Below are positions 45,557 through 55,199 of a DNA stretch of 64,000 bases, in pieces (the stretch's first letter is position 1; every line of letters starts with the position of its first letter). The notes below the pieces were generated by a model that saw nothing but the letters and a program-made list of their open reading frames with translations, was not told the origin of the DNA and did not search any database. The DNA is taken from the NCBI GenBank assembly GCA_963719505.1, contig CAVRCF010000001.1, positions 448,001 to 512,000 on the forward strand, in the 5' to 3' direction. The position numbers and the translations under genes are program-made. The stretch is from Halobacteriovoraceae bacterium. Lineage in GTDB: Bacteria > Bdellovibrionota > Bacteriovoracia > Bacteriovoracales > Bacteriovoracaceae.

Positions 45557-46414
45557 ATGCTAGAACTACACGGTATTACAAAAACTTTTAATTCTGACCT
45601 TTTTCGTAAGGAATTCGTTGCAGTTAATAACCTCTCTTTCAAAATAGAAGAGGGGAAAATTACGGGTTTTTTAGGTGCTAACGGTGCTGGGAAAACTACA
45701 ACCATGAAGATGATGATGGATTTCATCCGTCCAACAAAGGGGGAGATCTCCTTTAAAAACTCATTGGGTACCAAAAAAATAGATATTCTCAAAAATATAG
45801 GCTTTCTTCCGGAGAGACCATATTTTTATCCAAACTTATCTGGGCGAGAATTTTGTCATTATATGGGGCAACTATCTGGACTTTCAATTAATGAAACTAA
45901 AAAGCAAATTGATTACTGGGCTCCAGTTTTTAAGATTGAATTCGCTCTAGATAGAGTGATTCGAAATTACTCCAAAGGCATGTTACAGCGAGTAGGGTTT
46001 CTTGTGACTTTGCTTCACGATCCTAAGTTAATTATTTTAGATGAACCTTTGTCGGGCTTGGATCCGATTGGGCGAAAAGAGTTAAAAGACGTAATTCTCA
46101 GTATTAACAAGCTGGGAAAAACAGTCTTCTTTAGTAGTCACATAATTTCCGATGTTGAAGAGGTTTGCCACGATGTGACTTTCATAAAGGAGGGATCTCT
46201 TTTTTATCAAGGCTCTGTTGAAAAAATAGTAAATGAGCATTCTAAAGGTGAAAGTTTAATTACGTACACGGTGGCTGACTCTTTCGAGACATTAAAAGTA
46301 AAAGATGAAGATAAGAATAGCTCACTAAAGAAGCTCATTGAAGACGGACATAAAATAATAAAAGTAGAAAATGGAAAAATAACCCTCGAAGAGATCATAT
46401 ACAATGTTAAGTAA
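45557..46414 (+). CDS. pilH: ABC transporter ATP-binding protein (PilH-like)
   Basis: GANGAGKTT, YSKGMLQR, ILDEP.SGLDP, SSH; synteny with Myxococcus pilGHI. Confidence 0.8.
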   Translation: MLELHGITKTFNSDLFRKEFVAVNNLSFKIEEGKITGFLGANGAGKTTTMKMMMDFIRPTKGEISFKNSLGTKKIDILKNIGFLPERPYFYPNLSGREFCHYMGQLSGLSINETKKQIDYWAPVFKIEFALDRVIRNYSKGMLQRVGFLVTLLHDPKLIILDEPLSGLDPIGRKELKDVILSINKLGKTVFFSSHIISDVEEVCHDVTFIKEGSLFYQGSVEKIVNEHSKGESLITYTVADSFETLKVKDEDKNSSLKKLIEDGHKIIKVENGKITLEEIIYNVK

Positions 46415-47174
46415 AGTTTTAATCATTTCTAAATATACGACCAAAGAAATTATAAAGAGTAGGATACTTCTCAATACTCTTTTTATAGGCGTTGGCTTAT
46501 TTATTGTGACCTTTGTCGCCTATAGTTTCTCTTACGGAGATCCTACTAAAATTGCATTGGACTTTGGTGCGGGGACACTTTCAATTTCATCGGTTGCGAT
46601 TGCTATTTTTATGGGGGTTTCACTTTTTTACGATGAAATTGAGAATCGTACAATATATCAAATTATTTCTAGACCTGTTACTAGATCTACATTTTTGTTG
46701 GGAAAGACTATGGGCTTGGGAGTCGTACTCATTCTTAATGTATTAATTTTGAGTGTAATATCTCAGAGCCTTTATTTCTTTTTGGGTGGTGAGTTTGACT
46801 CGTTAATAATTTGGAATATTTTGTTTACGATTATTGAGGCACTATTGGTATTGTCCGTTGTTACACTGTTCTCTTTGCTTACAAGTAAAGTTCTATCGGT
46901 TATCTTAACAATCTGTATTTATATAGCAGGGCATGCCATTAGCGGTGTTAAACTTTTGAGTTTTGTAAAGGAAAGGCCTTACTTGCAGGATATAATAGAT
47001 GTTTACCAATTCATCCTTCCTGGCTTTTATAAATTAAACATAAAAGACTTTCTTATTTATAATAATAACTTGAGCTACGAATACCTTTTAACGACAGCAG
47101 CCTATGGATTTATTTATACGGCAGCTCTCATTTCATTTTCAATATTCATCTTTAACAAAAAAGATTTAAATTGA
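46404..47174 (+). CDS. pilI: ABC transporter permease (PilI-like)
   Basis: Six TMs, [24 protein letters not shown] end. Confidence 0.75.
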   Translation: MLSKVLIISKYTTKEIIKSRILLNTLFIGVGLFIVTFVAYSFSYGDPTKIALDFGAGTLSISSVAIAIFMGVSLFYDEIENRTIYQIISRPVTRSTFLLGKTMGLGVVLILNVLILSVISQSLYFFLGGEFDSLIIWNILFTIIEALLVLSVVTLFSLLTSKVLSVILTICIYIAGHAISGVKLLSFVKERPYLQDIIDVYQFILPGFYKLNIKDFLIYNNNLSYEYLLTTAAYGFIYTAALISFSIFIFNKKDLN

Positions 47175-47954
47175 TGATCTCAGCAGTAGCTTTTATCATT
47201 TTTATTTTTGGAACCTTAATTGGAAGTTTCTTAAATGTTGTAATTTACCGCTTACCTCTTGGGAAGAGTGTAGTTTCACCGAGGTCTTCTTGCCCTAAGT
47301 GTGGTCACATGATTAAGTGGTACGAGAACTTGCCTGATTTTGAGTTACCTCTTTATTCTTAGAGGAAAGTGTTCAAACTGTAGTGCTAAAGTATCAATAA
47401 GATACCCTGCTATTGAACTCATTGTTGGTTTAATCGCACTAGCTCTTTTTCCTTTTGATCAACTTGACAATAATTCTTTATTTGTCTTCATTTTTTACTT
47501 CTCAGTTGCCTGTATTCTTCTTGCTCACTTTATTATAGATATTGAGCACAAGCTTTTACCTGATAAGATAAATATCTATTTTTTACTTATTACACTACCT
47601 TTTGTTTTTTTCACTAAACCGCTAAATTTTTGGCTAATTGGTGGATCTATTGGCTTTTTCTTACCTTTAATTGTAACATGGGGATTTTATAAATTGAGGG
47701 GAAAAATTGGTCTTGGTGGTGGTGATATAAAGCTTTTTGGAATTTTAGGTCTTCTTCTGGGCCTGTCGGAATCCTTCAGAATATTTTTATGAGTTGCTTT
47801 CTAGGCTCTATTGTAGGGCTAGTGACTTATTTTTAGCGGAAAGGTAAATAAGAATACTGCTTTGGCCTTTGGCCCTTATATAATTGTCGTTGCTGTGGTT
47901 CAGATATTTTATCCTACAATATTTGACCAAATCAATCTTTTTTCATTTCGATAA
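47174..47954 (+). pseudogene. pilD: Prepilin peptidase PilD with three apparent frameshifts
   Basis: [41 protein letters not shown] spread over shifting frames (near 47336, 47762, 47825). Confidence 0.85.
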
Positions 47955-47971
47955 CATTTTGCACTAAAACC

Positions 47972-48001
47972 TTGATATTACGAAAATCTTACTTGTATAA
48001 T
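47972..48001 (+). promoter_or_regulatory. sigma70-type promoter of pilMNOPQ
   Basis: TTGATA-N18-TATAAT. Confidence 0.5.
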
Positions 48002-48032
48002 AAACTAATTATAACTAATTGAAGGAATACTT

Positions 48033-49124
48033 TTGTCAAGCATAGTTCAACAATACAAAGATTTAATGGCGCAGTTCGAAAAGGGACAGCTCGTTGGTAT
48101 TGATATCGGATTAAATGCGGTTAAAGTTGCTTTATTATCTAAGACTAAAAAAGGCTTTATTTTAGAAAAGTATGGTGCCGTTGCGCTTTCTGAGGCTGCA
48201 ATTATTGAAGACGAAGTACAAAAACCAGAAGAAATAACTGATGCCATATTAGAGGCTCTGAAAATTGCTAAAATTGACAAACGAATAGTCAACATCGGAA
48301 TGGATGGCCCAAATACAATGACAAAGAGGCTTCAGGTTCCAGATGGAACAAAAGAAGAAGTCGAAGACAATGTTCTTTGGGAATCTGAACAATACATACC
48401 TTTTGGAGCCGATGACTCGGAGGTTGATTACTTTGTGCTGGGAGATATTCCTGAGGACGATGTAAAAGACGTTATCGTTGCAGCGATCAGAATTGATATT
48501 GCTGAAAAGTATATAGAATATGTAAAAAGTGTAGGCTTAATACCCAAGGTGGTTGATGTAAATGTTTTTGCAATAAACAATGTTTTTGAGACCGTTTATG
48601 CCAAAGACTTAGATATCTATTCTGATGAGGGAGTTATAATTGTCGACTTTGGTGCACAATCAACAACTGTAATCGTGTATAAAAATGGTGGTCCGGTACT
48701 AACTAAGGAGGTTAGTGTGGGTGGCGTCTTAATTACAGAGGAAATTCAAAGAATAATGGGTGTTAGCTATGAAGAAGCCGAGGATCTAAAAACCTTTGGT
48801 GATGAAAATGGCAATCTTCCAGAAGAAATCGTTGCCGTTATCAATAATCAAATCGAGACCCAACTTTTAGAAATAAAAAAGGTTTTAAACTTTTATATTG
48901 CTCAAGGCTCGAGCGAGCAAATTACAAGTTGTCTTTTAACGGGCGGTGGAGCTAAGCTTCCTGGCCTCGTCGACGCAATGGGTGAGATGATTGGTGGAGA
49001 TGTCGATATACTCAACCCCTTTAAAGTAATTGAATACAACAAGAAAAATATAACTGAAGCTCAAATCGAGCAAATAGCGACAACTGGAGTGGTCGCTATT
49101 GGTTTAGGGATGAGGTCAGTTTAA
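48033..49124 (+). CDS. pilM: Type IV pilus alignment protein PilM
   Basis: VGIDIG...VKV, EQYIPF, VDFGA, LTGGGAKLPGL, VAIGLGMR. Confidence 0.93.
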   Translation: MSSIVQQYKDLMAQFEKGQLVGIDIGLNAVKVALLSKTKKGFILEKYGAVALSEAAIIEDEVQKPEEITDAILEALKIAKIDKRIVNIGMDGPNTMTKRLQVPDGTKEEVEDNVLWESEQYIPFGADDSEVDYFVLGDIPEDDVKDVIVAAIRIDIAEKYIEYVKSVGLIPKVVDVNVFAINNVFETVYAKDLDIYSDEGVIIVDFGAQSTTVIVYKNGGPVLTKEVSVGGVLITEEIQRIMGVSYEEAEDLKTFGDENGNLPEEIVAVINNQIETQLLEIKKVLNFYIAQGSSEQITSCLLTGGGAKLPGLVDAMGEMIGGDVDILNPFKVIEYNKKNITEAQIEQIATTGVVAIGLGMRSV

Positions 49125-49718
49125 TGATTGAAATCAACCTCTCCCCAAGTAAGAAAGCTGGATCCATTGCCAATGTCGCGGGGATAGACCTAAGTTTAAT
49201 AAATGTAAAAATGATGTTTATTGCATTGTTGATTCTGGTTTGTACCTGAAGGGTTCTTAGTTGATTTTTATGATTCACAAATACAAGAAAACAACACTAC
49301 GGTTCAAGGGCTCAATAAGGAATTGAGGTCGGTGAGTAGCAAAGTTAGAGGAATGGCTAATATTCAAAAGCAAGTTGATGCTTTGAATGAACAAGAACAG
49401 AAATTAGCTCAAAAGCTCAATGCTGTGAAAAACATCATCAATAAGAGATCCAATCCTTTTGATCTTTTGAGGTACGTCACCCAAAATATTCCTGAAGATG
49501 TTTGGGTTACATTTGTTTCTATTAAGGACAATAACCTTCTCATTAAAGGTCACTCCAAAAACTGGAAGAGTATTGGAGCCTTTTTAGAGAATCTAAAAAA
49601 TTCGATTTTCTTTTCAAAGCAAATTTCATACTCAAGACCTGAAAATGGTGCCAATGAATATCGTGGTCAAAGGGTAGAGGTCTTTGAGATAAATGCGACT
49701 ATACTGAGGTTCAAATAA
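49124..49718 (+). pseudogene. pilN: PilN with one +1 frameshift near 49238
   Basis: MIEINL start coupled to the pilM stop; continues in +1 frame (VPEGFLVDFYDSQ...) into IPEDVWV. Confidence 0.82.
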
Positions 49719-50329
49719 TGAAAGAAAGTTTAGTTAAAAATCTCCATTGGTTTATCATTCTTTATGCTTGTTGGGGACTGTTCGTTATTTATGAAGAAAA
49801 AGAAGCTCAGTTAGAGACGTCTGCTGTGTCCATACCTGTCATAACAGCAAAAATTACGAGATCAAAAGCCAAACTACGGCAAATAGAAACTTTTAAAAAG
49901 AACTTAAGCCAGTCAAAAGAGAGAGTACAAGAAGTTGTTAAACAAATCGAAAAGGTTCAAAAGCAACTTCCATCGGATGTTAACGACACTGAAGTCGAGT
50001 CCCTCATTGGAGATATTGCAAACAACTTGAAGATTAAGGAGCCTCAACCGTCTCCTGATAAAGAGACGAATAACGGCTTTTATTTTGCTAAGGACTATCG
50101 TTTAACTGGTTACGGTACATTTATTCAGTTTTTAATCTTTTTTGAAAACCTAGAAAAAACTGAAAGAATATTAAATGTAAAGTCGTTGGAGTTGGTTTAC
50201 GACGAATCTAAAACTCGCGGAAGGTTCCCAATTGTGAACTTAACTGCCATAATTGAATCTTATCGCTACAATACAGAATATACAGAGAGAAGCGGAGTAG
50301 AAGAAATTGAGAAAAAATTTGGTAATTAA
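49718..50329 (+). CDS. pilO: PilO
   Basis: TM, coiled coil, QLP, G.F..F..FF..LE..ERI; position. Confidence 0.85.
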   Translation: MKESLVKNLHWFIILYACWGLFVIYEEKEAQLETSAVSIPVITAKITRSKAKLRQIETFKKNLSQSKERVQEVVKQIEKVQKQLPSDVNDTEVESLIGDIANNLKIKEPQPSPDKETNNGFYFAKDYRLTGYGTFIQFLIFFENLEKTERILNVKSLELVYDESKTRGRFPIVNLTAIIESYRYNTEYTERSGVEEIEKKFGN

Positions 50330-50771
50330 ATTTATATTCCTAGTGATTCTCACTTTTGCTGTCCAAGCTGCACCTGAGAATATTTTTGAAGGATATACCT
50401 CGATTGAGGAACCATTTGAATTAAGGGATCCCTTCAAAGCTCCTGACTTAAGAGTTGAAAAAGAATCTAACGTTGTCGGAAAAGTCTCAAGTGGGGTTTA
50501 CTCAAATATTCCAATTTTAGGTGATGCCCCTATAGAGGCAATCCAAGTGGTTGGTGTTATTATAGGTAAAGAGAGAAGGGCTTTCATTAGGTTGAAGCAG
50601 GGCGAGAATGCTGGTGCTACAACTTATACAGTAAAAGAAGGACAGCTTATGGGTGAGAATGATGCAGAATTAAAAGCAATTTTACCTGGTGGATTAATTT
50701 TAGTTGAGAAAACTACTAATATTTATGGTCAGGAAGAATATTTGGAAACAGTTATTCCTATATCAAAATAA
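50307..50771 (+). CDS. pilP: PilP-like protein
   Basis: RDPF, VVGVI, VKEG..MGEN; between pilO and pilQ. Confidence 0.8.
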   Translation: MRKNLVIKFIFLVILTFAVQAAPENIFEGYTSIEEPFELRDPFKAPDLRVEKESNVVGKVSSGVYSNIPILGDAPIEAIQVVGVIIGKERRAFIRLKQGENAGATTYTVKEGQLMGENDAELKAILPGGLILVEKTTNIYGQEEYLETVIPISK

Positions 50772-50818
50772 TATTGATACGATGTATAAAATAACTATAA
50801 CTTTAAGGAAGAGGTTAT

Positions 50819-52693
50819 ATGAATAAAATGATTTTTGCTCTATTCGCTTGTCTTGTTTTGTCGTCTGTGTTTGCCGCGGATGATCCTTCAAATGTGAAAT
50901 TTGTCAATTTTATCCAAGATGGTGATGTCTCGAAACTTATCATTGAGTTTGATAAACCAACCTTTGGTGAAAGAACCCACATAAAAGATGATAAACAAAT
51001 AATACTAGATATTAAAAATGCCACGGCTGGTAAAAAGTTTCTTCGAGGAATGGATACGTCTGAATTCTCAGGGAGTGCTGTTTTCGTTTCACCTTATAAA
51101 AAACCTGGAAGTAAAAATGATTTAAGATTTGCTATTCAGCTTAGAGATAATGTCAGGTCTTTTATTGAGAATAAAAGAAATAGAATTGTTCTTCATATTG
51201 AAAATCGATTTGGTGTTTTCTCCAAAAGAAAACTTGAAAAGTCTGATGTTCAGGTAACTGGCGCTCTTAGTGAAGAGGACAAAAAGTTAAATATTCCAAA
51301 ATCTGGAACTGTTCAAGATATTTTAGAGAATCTAACTCTTTCGGGTGTTAAAAAGTATGTTGGTAAAAAGATATCAATAAATGTTATTAGTGTAAGCTAT
51401 CCAGAGGTGCTTCGTATGATTGCCGATACCTCCGGCTTCAATATCATCATTGACGATGAAATAAATGCTCTTCCACCACTTACTTTAAGTCTTACAAATA
51501 TTCCATGGGATGAAGCTTTAGATACTATTATGAGTTTAGGGAAGCTTGTTGCGAAAAAGCACTCAAATATTCTAACTGTTCAGACAGAAACCAAAGCCCG
51601 ACAAGAGAAACAACTTGAGATTGAAAGAAAAAACCTAAATAAGATTCAAGAGCCAATGGTGACGAAAATTTTCCCAATAAGTTTCGCTAAGCCCGAGGAC
51701 ATTGTTACAATTATATCTGACTACCTAACTGGTGGATCTCAACAACCTGGAGTCGGTGGCGTTACTGGTGGAATCAGTGGTGAACAGCAGGGGCGAGCAA
51801 AGGTTGATAAGAGAACAAGTAATATTATTGTTAGAGATACAGTTGAAGTTATTGAGAGAATTAAAAAAATAGTTGAAGTTCTTGATACTGAGACACCTCA
51901 GATTCTTATCGAATCGAAGATTGTTGAAGTTTCAGACGAATACGAACTACGAGCTGGTTTAGGTGGAGCATCAGGACTAACTGCTAGTTATAATCCAATC
52001 GCCGATTTAGGGAATCTTGGAGAGGAGACGGGAGTATTCTCATTCAGTTCTGCTCCAACAGCAGGCTCTCCAACGGTTTTATCTGGTGCGATACAGGTTT
52101 ATAAAAGACTTACGGGGCTCAATTTTGCGTTAGACCTTATGGAGTCTGAGACAAAGGGTAGGATCGTATCGAGTCCGAAAATTATTACTCAAAATAACGA
52201 AGCTGCAACGATTACTTCAGATCAGGTCATAAGTGTTTTGACACAGCAGCAACCTGTCCAGGGTGGAGCCGTTGGTGGTATTCAGCCGCTTACGACACTG
52301 GAGACTTTGACAGCATCACTAAGCCTCGCAGTTACACCTCGTGTGACCAACGATGGCTCTATTAATATGAAAGTTGATATTACAAAGGGGTCTTTCGGAA
52401 ACCAGCCTGATCCTAGGCAGCCACCACCACAGACGAATAACTCTATGACTACAAATGTGTTGGTTGATAATGGATCAACAATTGTCGTTGGTGGAATACA
52501 TACAACAACTGAGAGAGAAGTTGAAAACGGAATCCCATTCTTGAAGGATCTCCCGTTAATCGGGTGGCTTTTTAGAAATGCGTACAATCCAACTTCAAAC
52601 AAGGCTGAGCTTGTTGTCTTTATTACTCCGAGGATTATTAACCAAGAAGAAGCCGGCCTTGTAAATCGAGATATGGAAGGATTGGGAATTTAG
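50819..52693 (+). CDS. pilQ: Type IV pilus secretin PilQ
   Basis: NIPWDEAL, QILIESKIVE, L.VTPRVT, TIVVGG, IPFLKDLPLIGWLF, ELVVFITPRII. Confidence 0.95.
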   Translation: MNKMIFALFACLVLSSVFAADDPSNVKFVNFIQDGDVSKLIIEFDKPTFGERTHIKDDKQIILDIKNATAGKKFLRGMDTSEFSGSAVFVSPYKKPGSKNDLRFAIQLRDNVRSFIENKRNRIVLHIENRFGVFSKRKLEKSDVQVTGALSEEDKKLNIPKSGTVQDILENLTLSGVKKYVGKKISINVISVSYPEVLRMIADTSGFNIIIDDEINALPPLTLSLTNIPWDEALDTIMSLGKLVAKKHSNILTVQTETKARQEKQLEIERKNLNKIQEPMVTKIFPISFAKPEDIVTIISDYLTGGSQQPGVGGVTGGISGEQQGRAKVDKRTSNIIVRDTVEVIERIKKIVEVLDTETPQILIESKIVEVSDEYELRAGLGGASGLTASYNPIADLGNLGEETGVFSFSSAPTAGSPTVLSGAIQVYKRLTGLNFALDLMESETKGRIVSSPKIITQNNEAATITSDQVISVLTQQQPVQGGAVGGIQPLTTLETLTASLSLAVTPRVTNDGSINMKVDITKGSFGNQPDPRQPPPQTNNSMTTNVLVDNGSTIVVGGIHTTTEREVENGIPFLKDLPLIGWLFRNAYNPTSNKAELVVFITPRIINQEEAGLVNRDMEGLGI

Positions 52694-52698
52694 GTTCG

Positions 52699-53745
52699 AT
52701 GAAAAAGCCTTCTCAAAAAAAGTCATCTTTACTTGCGAAGTACTCTCTTCAATACGAAAAGAAGCCGCGTTCACGAGTTTTTGCTCCTCTTGCTGAAACC
52801 TATAGAAAGCTTGGGATGCATGATGAGGCATTAAAGGTTTTGAGAGATGGTATCAAGTATCATCCTGACTATACTCTGGGCTATATTGTTTTGTCACATG
52901 TCTACTATGACAAAGAAAACTATGAAATTGCATATTCAACTTTAAGACCTTTTATATCTAAAAACTTAGAAAATATTACTCTTCAAAAACTTTTTGCCGA
53001 AGTTTGTATGAAGCTGGACTACCTTGAAGAGGCTTTAAATACTTATAAAAATCTTCTTTTAATAAATCCTCGAGATGAAGAAGTTGCCTTCCAAGTTAAG
53101 CTGATTGAAGATGACCTGCTTGTTGCTCAAGAAAAAAATATTCCAGAGGGCTATGTAGAAAAAAGGCTGGAAACATTTGATGACGACGAAGACGATTGGG
53201 TTCAAGTTGATTTTAATCAGGTTGATAGAAGAAAAGAGAGCTTTGATGACTGGAACGTAGAATCGATTCCATCAAATCCTTTGGAGAGTTTTAAGTCTCA
53301 AATAGAAAAAGGTAATTTTGAAATAAAAGAAGCTGATCTCAATGATGAGTATTACTTTGACGATCACGATATTGACTCAGATGATGTTATCGAGAATGAG
53401 GATGACAATGATTCTCACGGTGACAATAGTGAGCCTATAATAACCCACACACTAGTTGACCTTTACTGCAAGCAGGGTTACTTCGACAAGGCCATAGAGC
53501 TTTTAGATAATATACTAGAGCTTCATCCCGAGGATAAAGCAAGTATTCTTAAGAGAGAAGAAATTCAGGAAATCTCAAACTTTGGAAAAAATGATGTCGA
53601 AAGTCATGGCCATGAAAAGTTGCTTGACCTGGTCGACGATCAAAGAGCTAGACTAGAAGAGAAAAAGAAAAAAATCGAGACAAAACTAGATATGTTTGTT
53701 ACTGCACTAAGAGAAAAATCTACAAGTATACAAGCAAAACTATGA
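52699..53745 (+). CDS. Tetratricopeptide repeat protein with acidic linker
   Basis: FAPLAETYRKLG...HPDY TPRs and C-terminal TLVDLY.KQG. Confidence 0.8.
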   Translation: MKKPSQKKSSLLAKYSLQYEKKPRSRVFAPLAETYRKLGMHDEALKVLRDGIKYHPDYTLGYIVLSHVYYDKENYEIAYSTLRPFISKNLENITLQKLFAEVCMKLDYLEEALNTYKNLLLINPRDEEVAFQVKLIEDDLLVAQEKNIPEGYVEKRLETFDDDEDDWVQVDFNQVDRRKESFDDWNVESIPSNPLESFKSQIEKGNFEIKEADLNDEYYFDDHDIDSDDVIENEDDNDSHGDNSEPIITHTLVDLYCKQGYFDKAIELLDNILELHPEDKASILKREEIQEISNFGKNDVESHGHEKLLDLVDDQRARLEEKKKKIETKLDMFVTALREKSTSIQAKL

Positions 53746-54176
53746 AAAAAACTCTCATTATAAATGGTCCTAATCTTAACCTTCTGGGAAAGCGCGAAAC
53801 TAAAATATATGGCGCCTTAACACTGTCTGAAATCCAAGAACATACAGAACAAAAATTAAAAGATCAAAGTGTCCAGTTAGAATGGTTTCAAAGCAATCTT
53901 GAAGGGGAAATTGTTGAAAAAATTCATTCTTTTCTTTCGTCAGATTTCGACTTTCTAGTTATTAACCCAGCGGGCTATTCTCATACTAGTGTTGCTATAT
54001 ATGATGCATTGCTCATGGTTAAAAAGCCTATTGTTGAGGTCCACTTATCAAATGTTTATTCCAGAGAAGAGTTTAGACAAACAATGTTGACTGCTAGAGC
54101 CGCTTCAAAGATAATGTCAGGGCTCGGAAAAGATGCTTACTACTTCGCAATATTAAGTGAATTAAATAAAGGATAA
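53742..54176 (+). CDS. aroQ: Type II 3-dehydroquinate dehydratase
   Basis: NGPNLNLLG.RE..IYG, FQSN.EG, INPAGYSHTS, EVHLSN..REEFR. Confidence 0.96.
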   Translation: MKKTLIINGPNLNLLGKRETKIYGALTLSEIQEHTEQKLKDQSVQLEWFQSNLEGEIVEKIHSFLSSDFDFLVINPAGYSHTSVAIYDALLMVKKPIVEVHLSNVYSREEFRQTMLTARAASKIMSGLGKDAYYFAILSELNKG

Positions 54177-54181
54177 ATATC

Positions 54182-54754
54182 GTGAAATATCAAACTACAG
54201 ACTTTAGAAACGGATTGAAAATATCCATCGAGGGAAAACCTTATATCGTTGTAACCTTTCAACATACGAATCCAGGAAAGGGCTCAGCTTTTGTCAAAGC
54301 AAGATTAAAAAATTTAGAGACAGGACAAGTGCTGGAAAGAACTTTTAAGTCAGGCGTGGATACTGTTGATAAACCAGACATGGAAGAACGTGAGATGGAG
54401 TACACTTACGGGGATATGGATGGTTATAACTTTATGGACACTACTACTTTTGAGTCCGTTCACTTAAACCATGACAACGTTGGTGATGCTAAAAACTTTC
54501 TTCAAGAAGGGATCACAGTAACGATTTTATATTTTAATGAGAGACCGATATCTATCGACCTGCCAAACTTTGTAAATTTAAAAGTTGCAGAGACAGACCC
54601 AGGCTTAAAAGGCGATACTGCTGGCGGAAGCGGCGGGAAGAAAGCAATAATGGAAACCGGACTTCAGGTAAGTGTGCCGCTTTTTATCAATGAGGGAGAG
54701 ATTCTCAAAATTGATACTAGAACTGGTGAGTACAACGAAAGAGCTAAAAGCTAA
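54182..54754 (+). CDS. efp: Elongation factor P
   Basis: PGKGSAFV, TDPGLKGDTA, VPLFI..GE...IDTRTGEY. Confidence 0.96.
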   Translation: MKYQTTDFRNGLKISIEGKPYIVVTFQHTNPGKGSAFVKARLKNLETGQVLERTFKSGVDTVDKPDMEEREMEYTYGDMDGYNFMDTTTFESVHLNHDNVGDAKNFLQEGITVTILYFNERPISIDLPNFVNLKVAETDPGLKGDTAGGSGGKKAIMETGLQVSVPLFINEGEILKIDTRTGEYNERAKS

Positions 54755-54764
54755 GAGACAAATT

Positions 54765-55199
54765 ATGGATATTAAAAAAATTAAAGAATTTATTGAACTT
54801 GCAAAATCTGAAGGGGTAAGTGAGCTCAAATACGAAGAAAAAGAACTAAAAATTGGTGTGAGTTTTCAAACAACAAGCTATTCAGCCCCTCAACTAGTGA
54901 GTAGCATTTCAACCTCTGCTGGTTCCGTAACGGCTGCAGTTGCTGCAGAAAACGATCCGAATCTTAAGACTGTGACATCACCTTTTGTGGGAACATTTTA
55001 TGCTTCTTCATCTCCTGAGAATGATGCTTATGTCTCTTTAGGGGCACATGTTAAAAAAGGCTTTACTCTTTGCATCCTTGAAGCGATGAAAATTATGAAT
55101 GAGATTGAGTCCGATGTGACTGGAGAGGTTGTAGAAATTTGTGTTGAAAATGAAAGCCTTGTTGAATTCGGTCAGCCGCTATTTAAAATAAGAGTGTAA
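54765..55199 (+). CDS. accB: Acetyl-CoA carboxylase biotin carboxyl carrier protein
   Basis: MDIKKIKE start, SPFVGTFY, EAMKIMNEI, VEFGQPLF. Confidence 0.95.
   Translation: MDIKKIKEFIELAKSEGVSELKYEEKELKIGVSFQTTSYSAPQLVSSISTSAGSVTAAVAAENDPNLKTVTSPFVGTFYASSSPENDAYVSLGAHVKKGFTLCILEAMKIMNEIESDVTGEVVEICVENESLVEFGQPLFKIRV

Noticed and set aside
47928-47954. CAAA-N15-TTCGATAA possible sigma28 promoter for pilM
   Set aside because: Mismatches in both elements, lies in pilD coding sequence, and a better sigma70 promoter follows
54182-54754. Unusual EF-P modification system
   Set aside because: Ordinary PGKG loop and no modifying enzyme in the window
54672-54764. ORF-track start of accB inside efp
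   Set aside because: AccB similarity begins at MDIKKIKE (54765)
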